Shown here: positions 14,071 to 27,182 of the stretch, one piece after another
Layout: every line of letters begins with the position of its first letter
Numbering within the stretch: position 1 is the stretch's first letter
Source of the DNA: Kudoa neothunni
Taxonomy: Eukaryota; Animalia; Cnidaria
DNA: 64,000 nt
Assembly (NCBI GenBank): GCA_964304625.1
Contig: OZ199838.1
Coordinates: 2,840,271 to 2,904,270 of the forward strand
Direction of reading: 5' to 3'
Notes under the pieces: model-generated
Told to the model about the DNA's origin: nothing
The model's database searches: none
What the model saw: only the letters and a program-made list of their open reading frames with translations
Made by a program: the position numbers and the translations under genes

Positions 14071-15834
14071 GAGACGCCAGTCGTATGAGATGGAATTCAT
14101 CCGATCAATTAACTAAAATTTTGAAAAAAACCTATAAGATGAGGAGATGAGGAGAACAGTGAAACTGAGTTAACATTTTGATGTATAAATAGATCCTAAC
14201 AACTATTTTTTTGTTTCAATTAGTTTACGGTTGCTAGAATTATATTTTTTGTATTATTTGTAAAATTTTAGTACGATTATAAATCCTTTGATATTATTTG
14301 GTACGTTTCTATTACAGTTAGTAATCAATTTTGCACATACACGTAATAATTATATATCCCCTTTTTGGAATTTAGAAGAAAAATTGATGTTTTTATTGGA
14401 ATAGTATAAACGAATATTAATTCTACAACCGACAAAAAATCAAGTGATACTAAATTTTAATTTTTGAAAGAATCAATAATTTTGGTTCGTGACATATTTG
14501 ACCCGCTATGATTTATACAAATCAATTTCCAATTCGAACAATGATCGGAAACGATCTAAACTTTTTTAAATTAGAGTTAAAAAGTTTAGTTCTTTTTTTG
14601 AGGAGGCCATTTAATATTGCTATATTTGATATGTAGAAACGTCTCACAGTAACTATCTTAACATTTATTTATGGAAGATTTTAGAAATATTTTATTATTT
14701 TGTATTTTCCTTTTAATGTTGTTATATTTTTATCTTAGCTTATCGCTAAATTTCAAATTTTTTTCAGCGAATAATGCTACACTGATCAACAGAATGACCG
14801 GGAAAAAGTGTGCAAAATCGAAATGTCACGTGATTATGAATACGCACTTTACATCATTTACAGTCTATTATTTTAACAAAAATTACCCTTATGTTTAATA
14901 TATTTTTTATATGAACATTTAGAGTTAAAATTAAATAAATTCACAAAAAGTGTGCAAAATCGATTACCGATTGCATGTTATTTGGTATGATTTACAAAAA
15001 TAGTCTCGAAACCCTGTCACTACTATGATTGTAACCACGTACTCTTGCTTCAATGTAAAGATCCCTTTAAAAAGCTTACTCAAATCAAAGATCCGTCATT
15101 TGAGTAATAAAAATGAATGATTATTATATTGTCGAAAATTCATAAATGACTGCATTTTGAACTACTTTTATATAATATATTTTCTGGAAGAAAACACTCT
15201 ATGAAACAGAGTTATTTTAAATCACATTTATCCGAAAATTTTTTTTCTTAATCTCAAAGTGGAACAATATTAATTTATTTTGCGATTGATAACGTATTCG
15301 GTGACTAGACCCATGTATTTTGAACAATCGGCATCATTGAATGGATTCAGTTTCAAATTTGAATTAATTCATTATATTCTATACTCTTAATACAACAATG
15401 TTAAGTTTATCACTTTCCTTAGTGATAGTTGATGATAGTTGATAGTTCGAGGTTTTATTTATTACTACTTATTGTAGTATTTTTTTGTTTTATTGAATAA
15501 ACAATTGTCAAATCACGTTTACGCGAACTTTATTGACGTTTTTTGAAAAACAACATTAAATATGAATAAAACAGCATTTATTAACACAATAACTGCTTTC
15601 TTTTTGTATGACCGAATCCAATACAATTATTGGTAAAAAATGCTTTTATTGTAGATAAGTTATTTTGCTTCCAATATAATCGCTTGTCCAGCTTTCTAGA
15701 TTTCATGATCTAGGATAGACAGGCGATTTAATGAATTCTGCGAGCATTATGATGAATTGTATGTGATCCCCCTTAATTTTTCTAATATGATGTGGATATT
15801 TAACCTACTAAATATTATCGTCTCAATGTAATTA

Positions 15835-16710
15835 CTACTCCAAAGTCGAGCTATTTAATAGTCAAAGTCGAACTTTAAGTCAAAATGACTTTTTAGGTCA
15901 CGAATTGAACTTATAAGGCCAGTTGTGCCTAATGGTTCTCACGTTTGTTAGAATGTCAAAGCAGTGAGTTATTCTATCTAATAGAAACCTTGAAAGAGCG
16001 ATTGATCTAGTTGTAAATAAGGAAGAGTCAACGAGAGGTTTCTGAATCATTTAACATTCCCGAATTAATCTTTTGTGGAAAAATCAAAAACTATCGAAGT
16101 ACCGAAGAAATCGATAAAAAGCCTAAAGAAAGATGTTGAAATATTTCGTTTACTTCAGAAGTGAAGGATAACTTATGAAATTAATAGAGGACAGCTTTAT
16201 AATACTGAATGATATTGGTGACTTTATCATTTTCATGGATAATGTTCGCTTCCATCATACCAATATGGGATTCCATGATGAACATGACCAATGCAGTTGT
16301 TTGTTTACCAAGGTATAGCTCATTCATAATCCCTGCGAGGAAGTATTCTCCCAAATAAAATTAAAAATTCGGCGTGACGGCTCTATGAGCTCTAAGCTCT
16401 ATACGAGGAAGAGATTATCTCCTTAACAGAAAAAAAGAAAAAAGCAGGAAATATCCAACTCTGTATCTTCGTATAATTTGAAAAATTATCATCAACATGA
16501 GGAAACTTACCTTGGAAAATGACATGCCTTATCGGTATTTAAAGGAATTAACTGAAACATAGCAAAACAATTTATCGATTACTTATTATTTTTTTACATC
16601 ACGTACTCCCTTTTATTGCTTCAACTATGCTCTACCAAACATTCAAATTAAATCTAATAGTTTTAATGACTTAAATTTTGATGCTCAAGTAGTTCAACTT
16701 CAAATGCCAG
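15835..16710 (+). pseudogene. IS630/Tc1-like (DDE_3) transposon remnant
   Basis: 16220-16380 reads FIIFMDNVRFHH...(L)PRYSS.-NPCEEVFSQIKLKIRR across frameshifts; weak degenerate inverted termini near 15835 and 16710. Confidence 0.7.
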
Positions 16711-17328
16711 TAATGGGGAAATGGAAGGAAATTTTTATTGCTTAATTTGTTTTCACGATTAAAGCGTCTAATCTGATCATCTCTATTAGATCTAATCATA
16801 ATTTCAGTGGGGTCAAACAATAGCGCGCGTACATTATAACTGGAGTCTCTTTGGAGGAATGTGAATGCACGACACCAAAGGAGTGCCTACTGAAGATAAA
16901 ATGGAGGCTTGAACTAGAAACTTCTTCAGTTCAATTCGCAAGCTAATGGGCGGACATTTGAGCTATCCGTCTGTCGCTAAGTATGGTTACAATGCGTTAT
17001 TTAACTTCCATAAGAATTTCAGAAACAGGAATAGATTTAAATACGATTATTCACCTTGTAGCGTTTCTATATTCTATCGGAAAATCGCATTAATCCTTAA
17101 AAGATATGTTAAGATAATCTTTTTGACTAATAAATTGCCAAGAAAAACATTTCAAGACAACCTAGAATAAAATTTAAGCTAAGTAAGATTTAAAAATTAA
17201 ATTAAGTTTCTATCGCCATGCGCATAGATAAAAACACACTTTTGTAGTAATTTTCAAGTAATAAACAAAAAGTTTTTCTCATTTAACGTGTTTTTATGTA
17301 AATCTTGTTAAAAAATTAAACGTTACAA

Positions 17329-18549
17329 CTAGTAGTTGGTATAACGTTTGCGCGTGAGTTTATTTTTGCTTCGAAGATCATGCTTAACGGACATTCTTGG
17401 AAAACAATTGGGACAATACCAAACATTCATTTGTCGCGCCTTATTGAAATCGACCTTAAGACAGTAACTAAAACAATAAATTTAACCAACCGCTACAGAA
17501 CATCACCAGAATACCAATGAAACCACACATTACAGTTATCACAACAAATCATCTGAGAGAGGATTTTTGGATTTTTTAACTTTTCAATATTGGAAGATTT
17601 ATTTTTATCAATACAAAGTGGACAGGTGGATGAACTACTCTCCAGTTTCCCTCCACTTACATTGTAGCGATGGGACTGAACTGCTCTGTTTTTAATGCTA
17701 TTACTAATCAAATTAGAACTCATATATGAAGATGAAGGAGAATCGCTTGGATCCGTCTGTAACGAATCATCCAAAATTTCCTCGTCCGATCGATAATCCA
17801 CATGATCAGGATCACTAAAAATATACAATTAATCAAGAATCTAATTAATTTATTTCATGTAAAGTAATCAAACGAATAAATGTAAATATGTATATGTATA
17901 TACAAGGGTTTGCTAGTCCTTTCGTCATTAACCAACACAGACATTTTAACATCACTGCCTTTCATTAAAATTTTCAATTTAACAGGTTTGAGTGGCTCCG
18001 TTTCAGTATTACTTCTATTGTTGGATATATCTACACATTGGACATCCATAAAAATGTGGTTGAGCTAATAATATAACCATGAGTGGATTCAATGGCGTAT
18101 TCAAGTTGTTGATCGGCTGAAACAATTTCTTCAACTGTTGATGAAATCTCCCGGTGATTTCTGCCTTTGAGTCGATCGTTCGGGATTGGATAATTAGGAA
18201 CGGTTCTGTATACAAATTCGATATTTCCATATTCGTTAATATAATTGATCAGATCCATTTCCGAAACAGACATCATTCTGGTGGCAAACAATACATCAAA
18301 CACAGTAGCATTAACTCTACCACCTATCAGCATATCAATGTGAATTCTGTGATTCAAATCGAGAATGTAAAGAAACAAAATACCCAATTCCATCTCAGAT
18401 TTAACATAACGACAAATCATATTCAAAAATCTTTCAGTCAAATCCAATAGCACATATACACCACTGTCCCTGGCCTTTTTCCAGCCGCAAACCATCAGTA
18501 TCTGACATACGCTCACTTTGAGCAGATTCTGGCTAGTCTCCAACTCCAT
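17329..18549 (-). CDS. TAF3: TFIID subunit 3-like, N-terminal histone fold (BTP) + C-terminal PHD finger, ~325 aa, 5 exons
   Basis: LLKVSVCQILMVCGW...LLDLTERFL...MELG|GRVNATVFDV; PHD CPLC...MICCDNCNVWFHC|YC...WYCPNC; introns 18383-18324, 18077-18031, 17903-17815 and 17514-17468. Confidence 0.85.
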
Positions 18550-18803
18550 GGTGACTAAAATTTAGGGCATCTACCGTTGGAAATGATGCGCATGATCAAT
18601 ATTAATCCTCGTATTCGTAGTTGGGGCCAAACTAAACTATCTGTTATTTGTATTAGAAAAATAGAATCGATTGAATTGACTGTAATAAGATTTTATTTGA
18701 TATTAAATACAACCATTCAATCCACAAAAGATCCTATTTTTTTATATTACTACTCAATAAGATTGGTTAGTAGAATTAATCAAAGATTGACAACTAGCGC
18801 AGA

Positions 18804-19454
18804 CTAGAGCCTTGAGTAGGCCAAGCTCATTTGATGTTCAAAGTAAATTCAGAGTATTTAGATAAATAGTACAAAGATTACCCAATTAACGGGTGGTTTA
18901 TTTAACAAATTGGACGCATGAACCTTATTTATTATTTTAAAAACGAGTAAACACTACTGAGCGTTTGAAGTTCCTATTTAGAGCGCCTAAAATATCGATT
19001 TTCTCCTTGTTGTTGACAGTAATCTCTAAATCATACCATATGAAAAGGACCAATCTTGTTAACACATCAACAAATGAATTTCATATTAATGCTTGGATAC
19101 ATAACCTAATATTACCTTCATTATTTGAACTATTTCAATTACTAAATTACTTTCCAATAATTTTAAAGTAAAATAAACATTATTAGACATTTAAAATTAA
19201 TTTTTAAAACTTTAACGAAATGACCTATATGTTTGCATAAATCCTGAAATCATACCACTCATATCAGGTGAAAATGTTTTTAGTCATTTTGCAGGATGCA
19301 AACCTTTTATAATTTTTTACGTATTTTTCTGTGTTAAAATAAAATTTTATCTTTCCATGTGTGTGCTTAAATGGAGAGATATATCTCTCTATAAAGGATG
19401 AAAAATGCGTACACACTGACACTACTACTTATATAGATAGATAGATAGATAGAT
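18804..19454 (-). mobile_element. Probable short Helitron
   Basis: Minus strand begins A|TC(TATC)nTATATAAG..GTGTCAGTGTGTACGCA...CCTTTATAGAGAGA (like the 7167 family 5' end) and ends with hairpin TGAGCTTGGCCTACTCA then CTAG|T. Confidence 0.6.
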
Positions 19455-19917
19455 TTAAAAATATGAAACATAAATCTATAATGAGATATGCATGTAAACT
19501 TGTTTGAGAAACTAATACTCACTCTGTTCGTTGTGTTCGTTGCAACGGTTCCTTTAGAATCGATGTGGTAGAAACGGAAAAAGACGTAAGTATTGTTATT
19601 TTAATAGGGATTGTTCGAATTCCGAGGAATCGTTGCTACTGGCATAACCATTTAAATATGTTCCCTATAGACCTTTGTTGTTTTATCAGAGTATATCTCT
19701 CTCCATTCCCTTATCTAAATCACCGGTCGCACACATGATTCAGATGGGATTATTTTTATTGCAACTATTTTATTTTATGTTGAGATTTATCTGGAAAACG
19801 GAATCTTACAATGCGATAAATTTTGGCATAACGATAAACGAACTTGAGCAGCAAATCAAGATTTATCCTAATATTTAAAATAATTCTAAAAACTAAAATC
19901 TCCATATAAACCAATGC

Positions 19918-22062
19918 TTAAGCAAGCATTTGAGATAATTTGTGTTTGATGGCAGCGGCTGAGAGTCTGGCTTCCGGATCCTCATTCCAGCACTCTTGAG
20001 CAATATCCAAAATAGCACCCAAGTACTAAAACCAAATGTTACATAATACACCTTAGTGGTTAATGAACGAGGAGAATTTTACAGGATGCATCTTCCATGT
20101 TAGTGGTATTTGAGGGCGACAGTTGTAAGTGACTACATGATCTTTCAACATATAGATTGGAGGGTCAACTCCAAGCTCATCTTCAAATGGCATTGTGTAT
20201 GGCTCACAAAAGTCTAAATGTGTACAGATTGTAGTAATATATGATGTTTGCTATGTTAGGCGTATATAAAAGCTTAAACAACCTTCAAGATCTGAACATC
20301 TGGAAACAAGGTCATAGAGCACAAGAGCAAAAGCGTAGATATCAATCATCAAAAGAATGTCATGCTTCAGAATAATGCTTCCTTGGATGACTTCAGGGGC
20401 CATATAAAGTTTAGTTCCTTCCTATACATGAACAATGAATAATGGGCTGATTGAACCGACGCCTTTAATAAAGCAAAATTATTACCTGCTGCAGTTGAAG
20501 ATGTGTAAGAGTGCAGTCTGAAAAGAAAGGCACTGCAAGAGTGAAATCAGTAATACAACATTCGCCATTCAACTTTAAAACTATATTAAATGGATTTAAA
20601 TCTTTGTGAAGAATATGTGGTTTGGAGTTGGGCCAGCACTTATTGCAAGAATGTAAATATTCGAGCCCAGATATGATGGAGTAGGCCATTTTGTGAAGTT
20701 CATCAGAGCTGACTGTATTTTCAACCAAATAGAAATACAATGAGCCGAGTGGATGATATTCTAGAGTTAAATGATGATAATACAGCCTATCATTGATGAA
20801 GCTGGTAGTCTATAGAACCAAATCGATCAGAAATGAATGAATGAATGAATGAATGAAAAAACTCACAAATGAAGACTCAAAAAATATAGCAATGTTAAGG
20901 TCGGATCGGATTTGAGAAATGTCGTTTGCCCCTACTCCAAAACATTGACTAACATTGGGATGAATCAAAGGGAAGTTGGTCAAAACATTGACTTCATTTT
21001 TCCAATATTTGATGAAATCGTTATGAAAAAACTTTATTAGGACTCGACAGGATTGGCTGATTTCATTGTTCTGTAGATGCCCATACCAAAATTCACCATA
21101 CTTGAAATTGGTTAATTTGGACGACACTATTACATATCTATTTAGGTTATTGCTAAAAATGTCATCCTCCTCGCTTGTATTCTTCGAACCATGAGAATTG
21201 GCGCTCTGCGGATTGTAATCACTAGATTTGTCTACATCATCTTCAGAGTCTTTTCCCGGATGATAACAGTTCAAGTTGTCCGAATGAGCTTGCTCAACAA
21301 GCAGACGATTACCATTGGCAGTCAGTTGGGTGGCATTTTCATGCACTTTTGGAAACTTGGTAGTTCGTACGAGTCTGCTGAAATTATAATTGTGGATAAC
21401 AACGCCTACCACCACGCCTACAAATAATAACACAATCCAAGTGGAATTGATTGACAACCAAACAGTTTGAGCATGTTTGTCTGGCACAAATAGTGGATGA
21501 TCTTTTTTTCGATGATTAAAATTAGGATAGGAGGTTGCTAAATCGAAATAACCAATTGCCACAACAACATCAAAGCCTACATTCAGCTGTGGTCACCAGT
21601 TCATTGTTACATCCACTTTTGTGACAGCAACAAAATTCCCTGATCAAATTCTGTTTTGTTTTCACGTTTGGATCGGGTCCTGTTTTAACAACAGGAAGCG
21701 AGGTGCCACATTCTTTGAAACATTCGATATTCGAATCGTAACAACCAGCTTGATAGATAGTATAGGAATAGGTTTTTGGATCCACCTCCCACAAACCATA
21801 ACAATTTGGTACAGTATTCTTCTTGAAATAACATTTTTTCGGTTGTGTGCAGTTGTAATTTGAACAACTGTGACATTCCACATAAGCTTTAGGGTTTCTC
21901 ACGTCATCGAAGTTATTTTCACCGATAGCTATAAAATAAAATCATATATACATGTTTGTTAATTGTGTATATTTGGTAGAATCACGTACGCAAATCCAGA
22001 CTCACATTGCCAAACGAACACAACCATAAAAGCAGAATTTTCTTGACAATTATAGTTTCCAT
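19918..22062 (-). CDS. TGF-beta family type II receptor Ser/Thr kinase (BMPR2/activin receptor II-like), ~7 exons
   Basis: Signal peptide METIIVKKILL; Cys-rich ectodomain with CYGLWE, AGC and FCCCHKSGCN; TM WIVLLFVGVVVGVVI; no GS box; kinase LIKFF, EYHPLGSL, HKDLNPFN, DFTLA, GTKLYMAPE, ECWNEDPEARLSA. First exon junction is ambiguous. Confidence 0.9.
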
Positions 22063-22431
22063 AAATATCGACGTTAACCACATAGTGCGATACTCTAAAA
22101 TGCTCTCAATGAAAGAGATCAACCAAGTTTTGAATAACTACTTAGGTTTTACTATTTGAATTAATTGTGATGCAGCAAATTCTTCTCTTTGTAAAGATTA
22201 TCAAATAAAGCACCATACAAATTGTAGTTTGTTGGTCACACGCTATATATCTAATTATCAGGATGTGTTAGATTCAATTCAAAATCGCTAGTACCAATTG
22301 TCGAACTTCAAATTGAGATTATCGATTGCCGAGTGAACACTGCTTAAATAATCTTTTGGTCAGGATGAAAGTCATCTATTAGTCGAATTTATTCATTTAG
22401 AGGTAACGTTGGAGATTTAGTGGCAAAACAG

Positions 22432-22510
22432 GTGCTAATACCACGATTCGAACCACACACCAACAGCTTCGAGGGTCAATGTCTTAGTTCAATATACGCG
22501 CATGCATCCA
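22432..22510 (-). other. tRNA-derived (SINE-head-like) remnant
   Basis: Minus strand B-box GGTTCGAATC in a T-arm-like context, preceded by a CCTCGAA loop; cloverleaf not intact. Confidence 0.3.
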
Positions 22511-25500
22511 ACATTTAAAATAATTATAATTTCTCTAATTAATCGAGCATATTAATTGCAATTCATACATCTATGTAGCCACCGTCTAGCTAAACTTTAG
22601 CGGAATTATTTACGATGCGTATACACACCCAGAATTAAAAACATTAGTAAAATATGCAAAATCTTAACATGTCTTTTTTATTTTTTTAATAGATTTTTGC
22701 AGGCGTATTTTTCTATTTAAAGTTATCGTCTCAGTTTCGTCAATTATAATTTTAAACGGAACATATCGTTAGGTTTTAACGCTTTAACTTGTTTAAATCG
22801 TCTCTTTAACTTTTGGTCGATATATACAAAGTTTTAAAGTTCTAAGCAGTCTCAAAATTTAGATTCTACTTAATTATACGAGCTGAGTGAATAGTAGATT
22901 AGAGACCTAAGAAGCCGTGAAATGCCGGAGGAAAATCGCCGGTATCAGTTTTTGTAGAGAATAATAAAATCGAGATTTCACATTAGAGCTCAATAAGTGG
23001 CGAAAAAAGACTAATCAAACGTTAAAAATGAATTATTTCATTGCCAGACAATGTTTTTCATATTACAGATTCTGGAAATAAAACCATATAAAATTAATTT
23101 TGATTTATTTAATGTTTGCTGCTCTGCACAAAATAATTAATTAAGAAATTAAAGGTTAATATTTATGCGCCACTGAATCATTTTCTTTATTCACCTTAAA
23201 AGAAAACCAACTTTTGCGCTTTTATAGAATCAGATTGGTATCATACAGGGGCAGTTTAAATATTCATCATAAGTATTAACCCTCAAAGCAACGCTGCTTG
23301 ATTCTTTTTAATTGCCGCATCCTTCTCAGAAAAGAAGTTTAAAAATAGACTTAACATTAAAAAGTAAAGATATTTCTACTAAAATTACGTTGGAGGAAAA
23401 TCAGTCTATTTTGACTAGAAAACAAATGTAAATAAAATAAATACAACCGATAATAAAATTAAGGTTTTGATATTTTCCTGGTCTTATTTTCACAATGATT
23501 CGGTAAAAACGAATCTCTTTACCAGATAAACATATACTTAAATCATAATTTGTAAATGAATTAGATATATTAATATTTTAGTATGACAAAAGATTTTAAT
23601 AAGTGCACATGCGCGTAATGTTCATTTTGCTGTATTTCGGTTTTAATTATAAATTTAAAATTACGTCAGAAAATAAACATGCTATCTAAATTTTAATTTA
23701 ATGTTTTAGTTTATATAATTTCTAGGTGAAAATTAATTCTAAATTAAGGTATAAAAATCTAACATTTTACCTAAAATAGATAATAAACCTATGGAATTAA
23801 TTTCTTCATTATAGCGGAGTTTAATCGCTAATCGAATTTAAAATATTTTTAAAAACAATGTGTAAAGTATTTTTATTATATTTAAAGTAAATAATGTAAC
23901 TTCGAAAAGGGATAATGAGAACAATGTGGATGGCATTTAAATATTTTTTCTAAAAAACTGTGGACTTAATTACCAAATACGAATTGATTTCTTTTATACA
24001 TATATCCCGGGAGTCTAATATCACTGATCAAATTGATGTTAAATCAAATATACACGATCCGACAGAATCTTGGAGGAATCCGACCAACGACAATCAATTA
24101 TAACAAAATAATTAAATTTTGCTTTATTTCGGTTTAATGAATCAATAATTATTGATTAATAATAAACTAAAATATTTATCTCTAAAATTTGCGAGAAACG
24201 CATATAATAGTTCGGATGGATTAACTCATTCATTAAATCTTATATGAAATGTTTGAAAATAATCATACACTACATTAATCTCGAAACATTAGTAAGTTTT
24301 GTTTTATGTACATGCAATCTAATGGTTATATGGATGTTTTATATGTTTAAAGTTTAAACGAATCTTCACATATACAAAAATGAAAATTGCCGTAGGAAGC
24401 GATTGATTTTGCTCTTCTGCAAAGGAATATTTTATTTTATATTCCTAAAATCTATAATATTTTAATTTATTTGTTGTCATAAATGACTTATAAGTTTTCT
24501 TTATTATAATGTGGAAAACAGCGGTTTTAAAAATCCGATAGTAAATATCTTCCATTATTAATTAAATATCTTTTAAGTTTAGCAAGAGAGAACCGCAAAA
24601 AAATTTATAAACTAAAACATCATTATTGATTATTGAAAATGATGTTTGATTGTAAAAATTTTAAAATGGTATTAGTGTAATTATAATTTATAAATAATAA
24701 ATATTAAAATGAGAATAATATATTTGAAAAAATAACATCTTTTAGATTTAATTATCATGTTTTTCTGTCACAATTGAAAATCAACATGTATAAACCCGTT
24801 TTTTATAAAAATATTTTATTACTTTCTTCAACTGTGATAGGATTTAATTTGATCATTGTTGAAAAAAAATTAAATTAAAATAAATATAAACGAGTGTATA
24901 AGATGAAATCACAAAATATCAAAATTAAATTAAATGTAAAATAACACCTTCATTCTTAACGCGCGCGCCATTATATGTCATGGTTCTTACGTGGATCATT
25001 TGCTTTTTCTTACCCAACCGAACCTTGATAAATCCAAATCTGTTTATAATTTAATTCCAAAAATTAGATTTAAAAGAAAAATCTATCGCAATTAATTCGG
25101 AAAGAACACCATACTAGATACACAAGATTATCAAGCTTATCTTTAATTCTCAACCCTTAAAGTTGTAATAAATCCAACGAGGTGGTTGTACCATTATTAA
25201 TCAGTTAGATCATGCTGAACATTTTAAGACTCAAACGGATTGAATGGCTTCTATCCAGTGATGGATGGGATATCCAAAATTGTAAAATATACCTAGAAAT
25301 ATGCTTTTATAACAAGTTTTCCAAAGAACAAATGTTAAATAGTTTGTTTTTAAGAAAATAATTGAGTTTTATACTGCACACACGCGCAACTACATGGATA
25401 TTGCGCGCAGAATATGTAATGCGTACCTTTTCGCCATTCCCCGGTAAAGTGCGCAATAACCGCTGTTGACTGTATTGCGTCAATTTAAATCGTTATTCAG

Positions 25501-26134
25501 CCAATAAATATAAGCTTTCATTTAAATACAATTTAATATTGAAATAAAATAAAGATATTGTTCGTTAATATCCAATTAATTGTCTCTAAAAACTAACACG
25601 TTCTTAATCGGCTGAATGAAAAATTTAAAATTGTGATTTCGTTCATTTTTATTTGTAACAATTTTTGTTCGAGGGATCGAACAGGGACGAATCTTACGAG
25701 TTTGCCGTTCCTGGTAGTATGGTTGTCTCACTCTAATAATTGGACACCATGATGAATGCTGTGGGGAAATAATATGCGACTCAGGGTTGCTTCGTATTTT
25801 ATTAACGGTTGTGCAGGAGGTGGATAAAGGAGTTATGACGCCAACAAACTTCATTACAACCTTTACAGCAAACGTAACCCCCTACAATGATTTATCAATC
25901 AACACATTATAAAAGCTAAGCGTTCCATTTTTTTAAATAAAGCAACTAATCAAGAGGTTTACACCGCAATAATAAAAACTTATATACTTAATATAAATTT
26001 CTCAAACCTCATTATTAAAAGTGACCAACTATGGTAGTCATTCTAATTTATTAACTATAGACATATCCACTTCAGACACCAAAACCACTAAAGAAATTCG
26101 TTCAAACGAGTCTTTGGAAATAGTCGTTTCCGAA

Positions 26135-26332
26135 ATGACCAATAAAATCAGTCATTTAACGAAAAAAACTATAGAACAATTTACAAACATACCAACACCT
26201 TTCACAACAAAATAAACGAGACCTATCCCTCTGCATGTTTTCATTCGTTTATCATCCCAATACTACTTCAAACAAAATAAGAGTTTCTTAACAAATTGTT
26301 AAAAACTGACCAACAAAAAATATTGCTAGCTT

Positions 26333-26368
<36 letters not shown>

Positions 26369-27107
26369 ATTCACGCACATATCACAAACTATTCTAATTC
26401 TGTATGGTCCCACTGGAAGAAATGGGAAAACTACAATCATCAAAATAATAGAAAAATTCTTCTGGAATTTTGACCACACTATCCCGTCTGGGTTGCTTAT
26501 GTTTAATAAAAACCATGAATCCACAACGAACAATATGGATCCGAGAATCGCACCATTTCTGAGCGAAAAAATAGCCACAATGGGTGAAACAAAGCAAAAA
26601 TAATTCTTTCAACGAACAATTTACCCTCATTTTCAATCTTGGATAAGGCGGATTCGGATTGTGAATTTTCCATTCCAATTTAAAGGAAAAATTGAATGTG
26701 ACATGGAAAATTTACTCCAAGAGTTAACTACCAATGTCTGCATGTCGGAATTATTCGACATAATAAATAAACTCAGATAGATTTAAAGAATCCAAAATAT
26801 GAGATTCAGTGTTTTACAAAATTTCGAGGAAAAATTTTCCAAATTTTTGAAACAACATGTCACCCTAAGTGACAATAAAAATGAGTAGATCGTTTTTGTA
26901 GGCCTAATGAAATTGTACGATGAGGAAATATCGAAAAATAATCGTGCCAACCTCTATAAACAGCACCGCTATGAATTTTGTTGTCACCTTAGGTCGATGG
27001 GTTTAGACCCCTTCGAGACTATATCTAGAGTCAACGGGATTTCAAAAAATGCAAATACCAATAACTATTATTATTATTATTATAAACAATTACTAGATGC
27101 GTTTTGA
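26135..27107 (+). pseudogene. Decayed D5-like / P4-primase-type superfamily-3 helicase (virus, Polinton-like or phage origin)
   Basis: EFLNKLL..LLAYLR, then QTILILYGPTGRNGKTT (Walker A, 26406-26432), DPRIAPFLSEKIATMGE (Walker B region), KIILSTNNLPSFSILDKA (motif C, shifted frame, 26597-26650), IRRIRIVNFPFQF (Arg finger) and a C-terminal FSKFLKQHV...LMKLY...FCCHLRSMG; intronless, with stops and frameshifts. Confidence 0.8.
26337..26364. repeat. (GA)14 microsatellite inside the D5 remnant
   Basis: Direct reading; the reading frame shifts across it. Confidence 0.9.
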
Positions 27108-27182
27108 TTTGTGTTATGTCATGAAAAATTATTGTTTCTATTGTGCGTTCACATGTCCAAATTAATATGTATACTATGTGTA

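Noticed and set aside
16838-16935. Canonical hammerhead ribozyme
   Set aside because: Core motifs are in order, but stem II does not pair and stem I is offset by 7-8 nt
26288-26678. Minus-strand ORFs of 94-96 aa
   Set aside because: Antisense to the D5 helicase remnant, which carries the recognisable motifs
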